From contig CBDCNP010000002.1 of the NCBI GenBank assembly GCA_965219415.1, positions 3,520,001-3,584,000 on the forward strand: a stretch of DNA of 64,000 nt. Reading direction: 5' to 3'. The translations under genes and the position numbers were made by a program. Numbering within the stretch: position 1 is the stretch's first letter; the number at the start of each line of letters is the position of its first letter. The notes under the pieces were generated by a model, which worked only from the letters and a program-made list of their open reading frames with translations, did no database searches and was not told where the DNA came from. Shown one piece after another: positions 62,716-64,000 of this stretch. This DNA comes from Candidatus Marinacidobacterales bacterium. Lineage in GTDB: Bacteria; Acidobacteriota; Vicinamibacteria; Marinacidobacterales; DATDRI01.

Positions 62716-63003
62716 TTGCTACGCCGCGTTTGAATGCTAATATCAGTTGGCCTGCCTGTGTCGGCGAACGCCATAAATTAAGGATGTCGGCGTGCACACG
62801 AAGATGTCCCTGAACGTCAGGCACCGCGTGGTCAGCCCAGCCGGTATCGCCGAAAGAACTTGCATCTATCCAAATCAGGCCCAAACTCTAGCACGCGAGC
62901 GGGTTACGCGGCAGCCACCAACACTTGATTGCGGAAGCACCTCGTCCTGTGCCAAAACTCGGCCCAGCCGGCATCGACGAAAGAACTGCGCCTCTCGAAA
63001 TCA

Positions 63004-64000
63004 GGTGCTTCCGCAATTAAGTGTTGGCGGTCAGCCCCTAACCGGTCTGCGTGCTAGAGTTTGAACTAGAATTCCGAAGACACAGTTCTCTCATCGTCAG
63101 GGGATGTCCCGCCGGATGTTGAATTTGGGGTAGCGGCGGCTCCTTGGCCGGCCTAAGAATAGGTCTGCCAATAAACCGTCTCCAGAGGGGGACAAGGAGC
63201 CACCAATGCCTAGGAAATCAAAGAAGCCAGTAAGAAAGCAAACGCACTCGCCTACGGGCAAGGTAGTTGGCCAAGTCGGTCAGATACTGCTACCGATGAT
63301 AGCTGGGCTCGCGGCCACGAAGGCGGATCGGACGCAATGGGTGTACGAGCAAGGACTGACAGCTCTGCACCTACTGCTCAGAGAGGACGCCGAGTAGATC
63401 GCGGGGCTCAAGGGCAAGCACGAGAAGGAGCGAACTCATAACCACTGGGGGAGCACGAACGGAGAGCTGAGCTTCGGTGGTCGTCGCATCCAAGTGTCGC
63501 GACCTCGAGTTCGCTCGAAGTCGGGCGAGGAGGCGTCGCTTCCACACTTCGAAGCCTTCCGCGAAGAAGACCCGCTTCCAGAGCGAGTGTTGAATCAGAT
63601 CTTGGTGGGCGTATCGACCCGAAATTACGAACGGAGTCTGGACAAACCCGCGGCCAAGTTGAAGTCTCGTGGCACGAGCAAGAGTGCCGCCAGCCGTCAC
63701 CTCGTGAGCCAGACGACGAAGAAGCTTGAGCAATACCTGTCTCGGCGGCTAGAGGAGTACGAACTTGCGGCACTGATGATGGATGGCCTTGAGGTGGCCG
63801 GCCAGACCGTCGTCGTAACTCTCGGTATCACAATAGATGGAACGAAGGTGCCCCTGGGTATATGGCTGGGCTCGACGGAAAACTCTCGGGTGTGCACCGC
63901 GATGTTACAGGACCTTCTCGAGCGAGGCTTGCGCGTCGATGAGTCGATTCTCTGTGTAGTGGACGGAGGCAAAGGTATCCGCAAGGCACTCGTCGACGTT
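63004..64000 (+). mobile_element. IS256-family element, left part; transposase (from 63206) has an internal stop
   Basis: TIR GGTGCTTCCGCAATTAAGTGTTGG; read-through of the TAG ending the 63206-63397 ORF gives RPRVRS, GVSTRNY, MDG, GSTENS, VDGGKG; runs off the window. Confidence 0.85.

Larger units (their letters stand above)
61251..62941 (+). mobile_element. complete MITE C interrupted by IS1111 copy 2
   Basis: 23-bp TIRs GGTGCTTCCGCCATCAAGTG|TTG and CAACACTTGATTGCGGAAGCACC. Confidence 0.85.

Noticed and set aside
2295-62963. Recurrent CGTCCTGTGCCAAAACTCGGC as a CRISPR repeat
   Set aside because: Spacing is hundreds to thousands of bases and irregular, both orientations occur, no cas operon is present, and the motif continues into transposon sequence.

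Overview
GC-rich bacterial DNA. The host is not identifiable from sequence alone; the gene content looks Acidobacteriota-like, which is only an inference. The window is a patchwork of about 25 unrelated 0.1-7 kb segments. They are joined by dozens of short transposon ends and MITEs from (i) several IS481/IS3-like rve integrase elements whose ends share a YGT-N8-WWWA-x-x-C signature and (ii) IS256-derived MITEs. The two-ended rve elements and MITEs checked have no target-site duplication and join unrelated flanks. Defence-like cargo includes HEPN proteins, DUF5131-TcmP, a type ISP RM deletion derivative, SIR2 proteins, DUF6361-PLD-helicase, an Hna-like helicase-nuclease, TM0106-SIR2-HerA and a NucS-like nuclease. 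Other cargo is ordinary chromosomal genes or clipped pieces of them (slipin, M14 peptidase, hydantoinase B, SRPBCC pair, ornithine cyclodeaminase, nadA, acyl-CoA ligase, gatB, bactofilin). Two apparently identical IS1111-type (IS110 family) elements sit at the same TG in the terminal repeat of an IS256 MITE, and their 3' non-coding region carries a guide-like match to that target. No rRNA, tRNA or CRISPR array was seen. All calls are by-eye motif recognition without database searches; misassembly at repeats is an alternative explanation for the mosaic.
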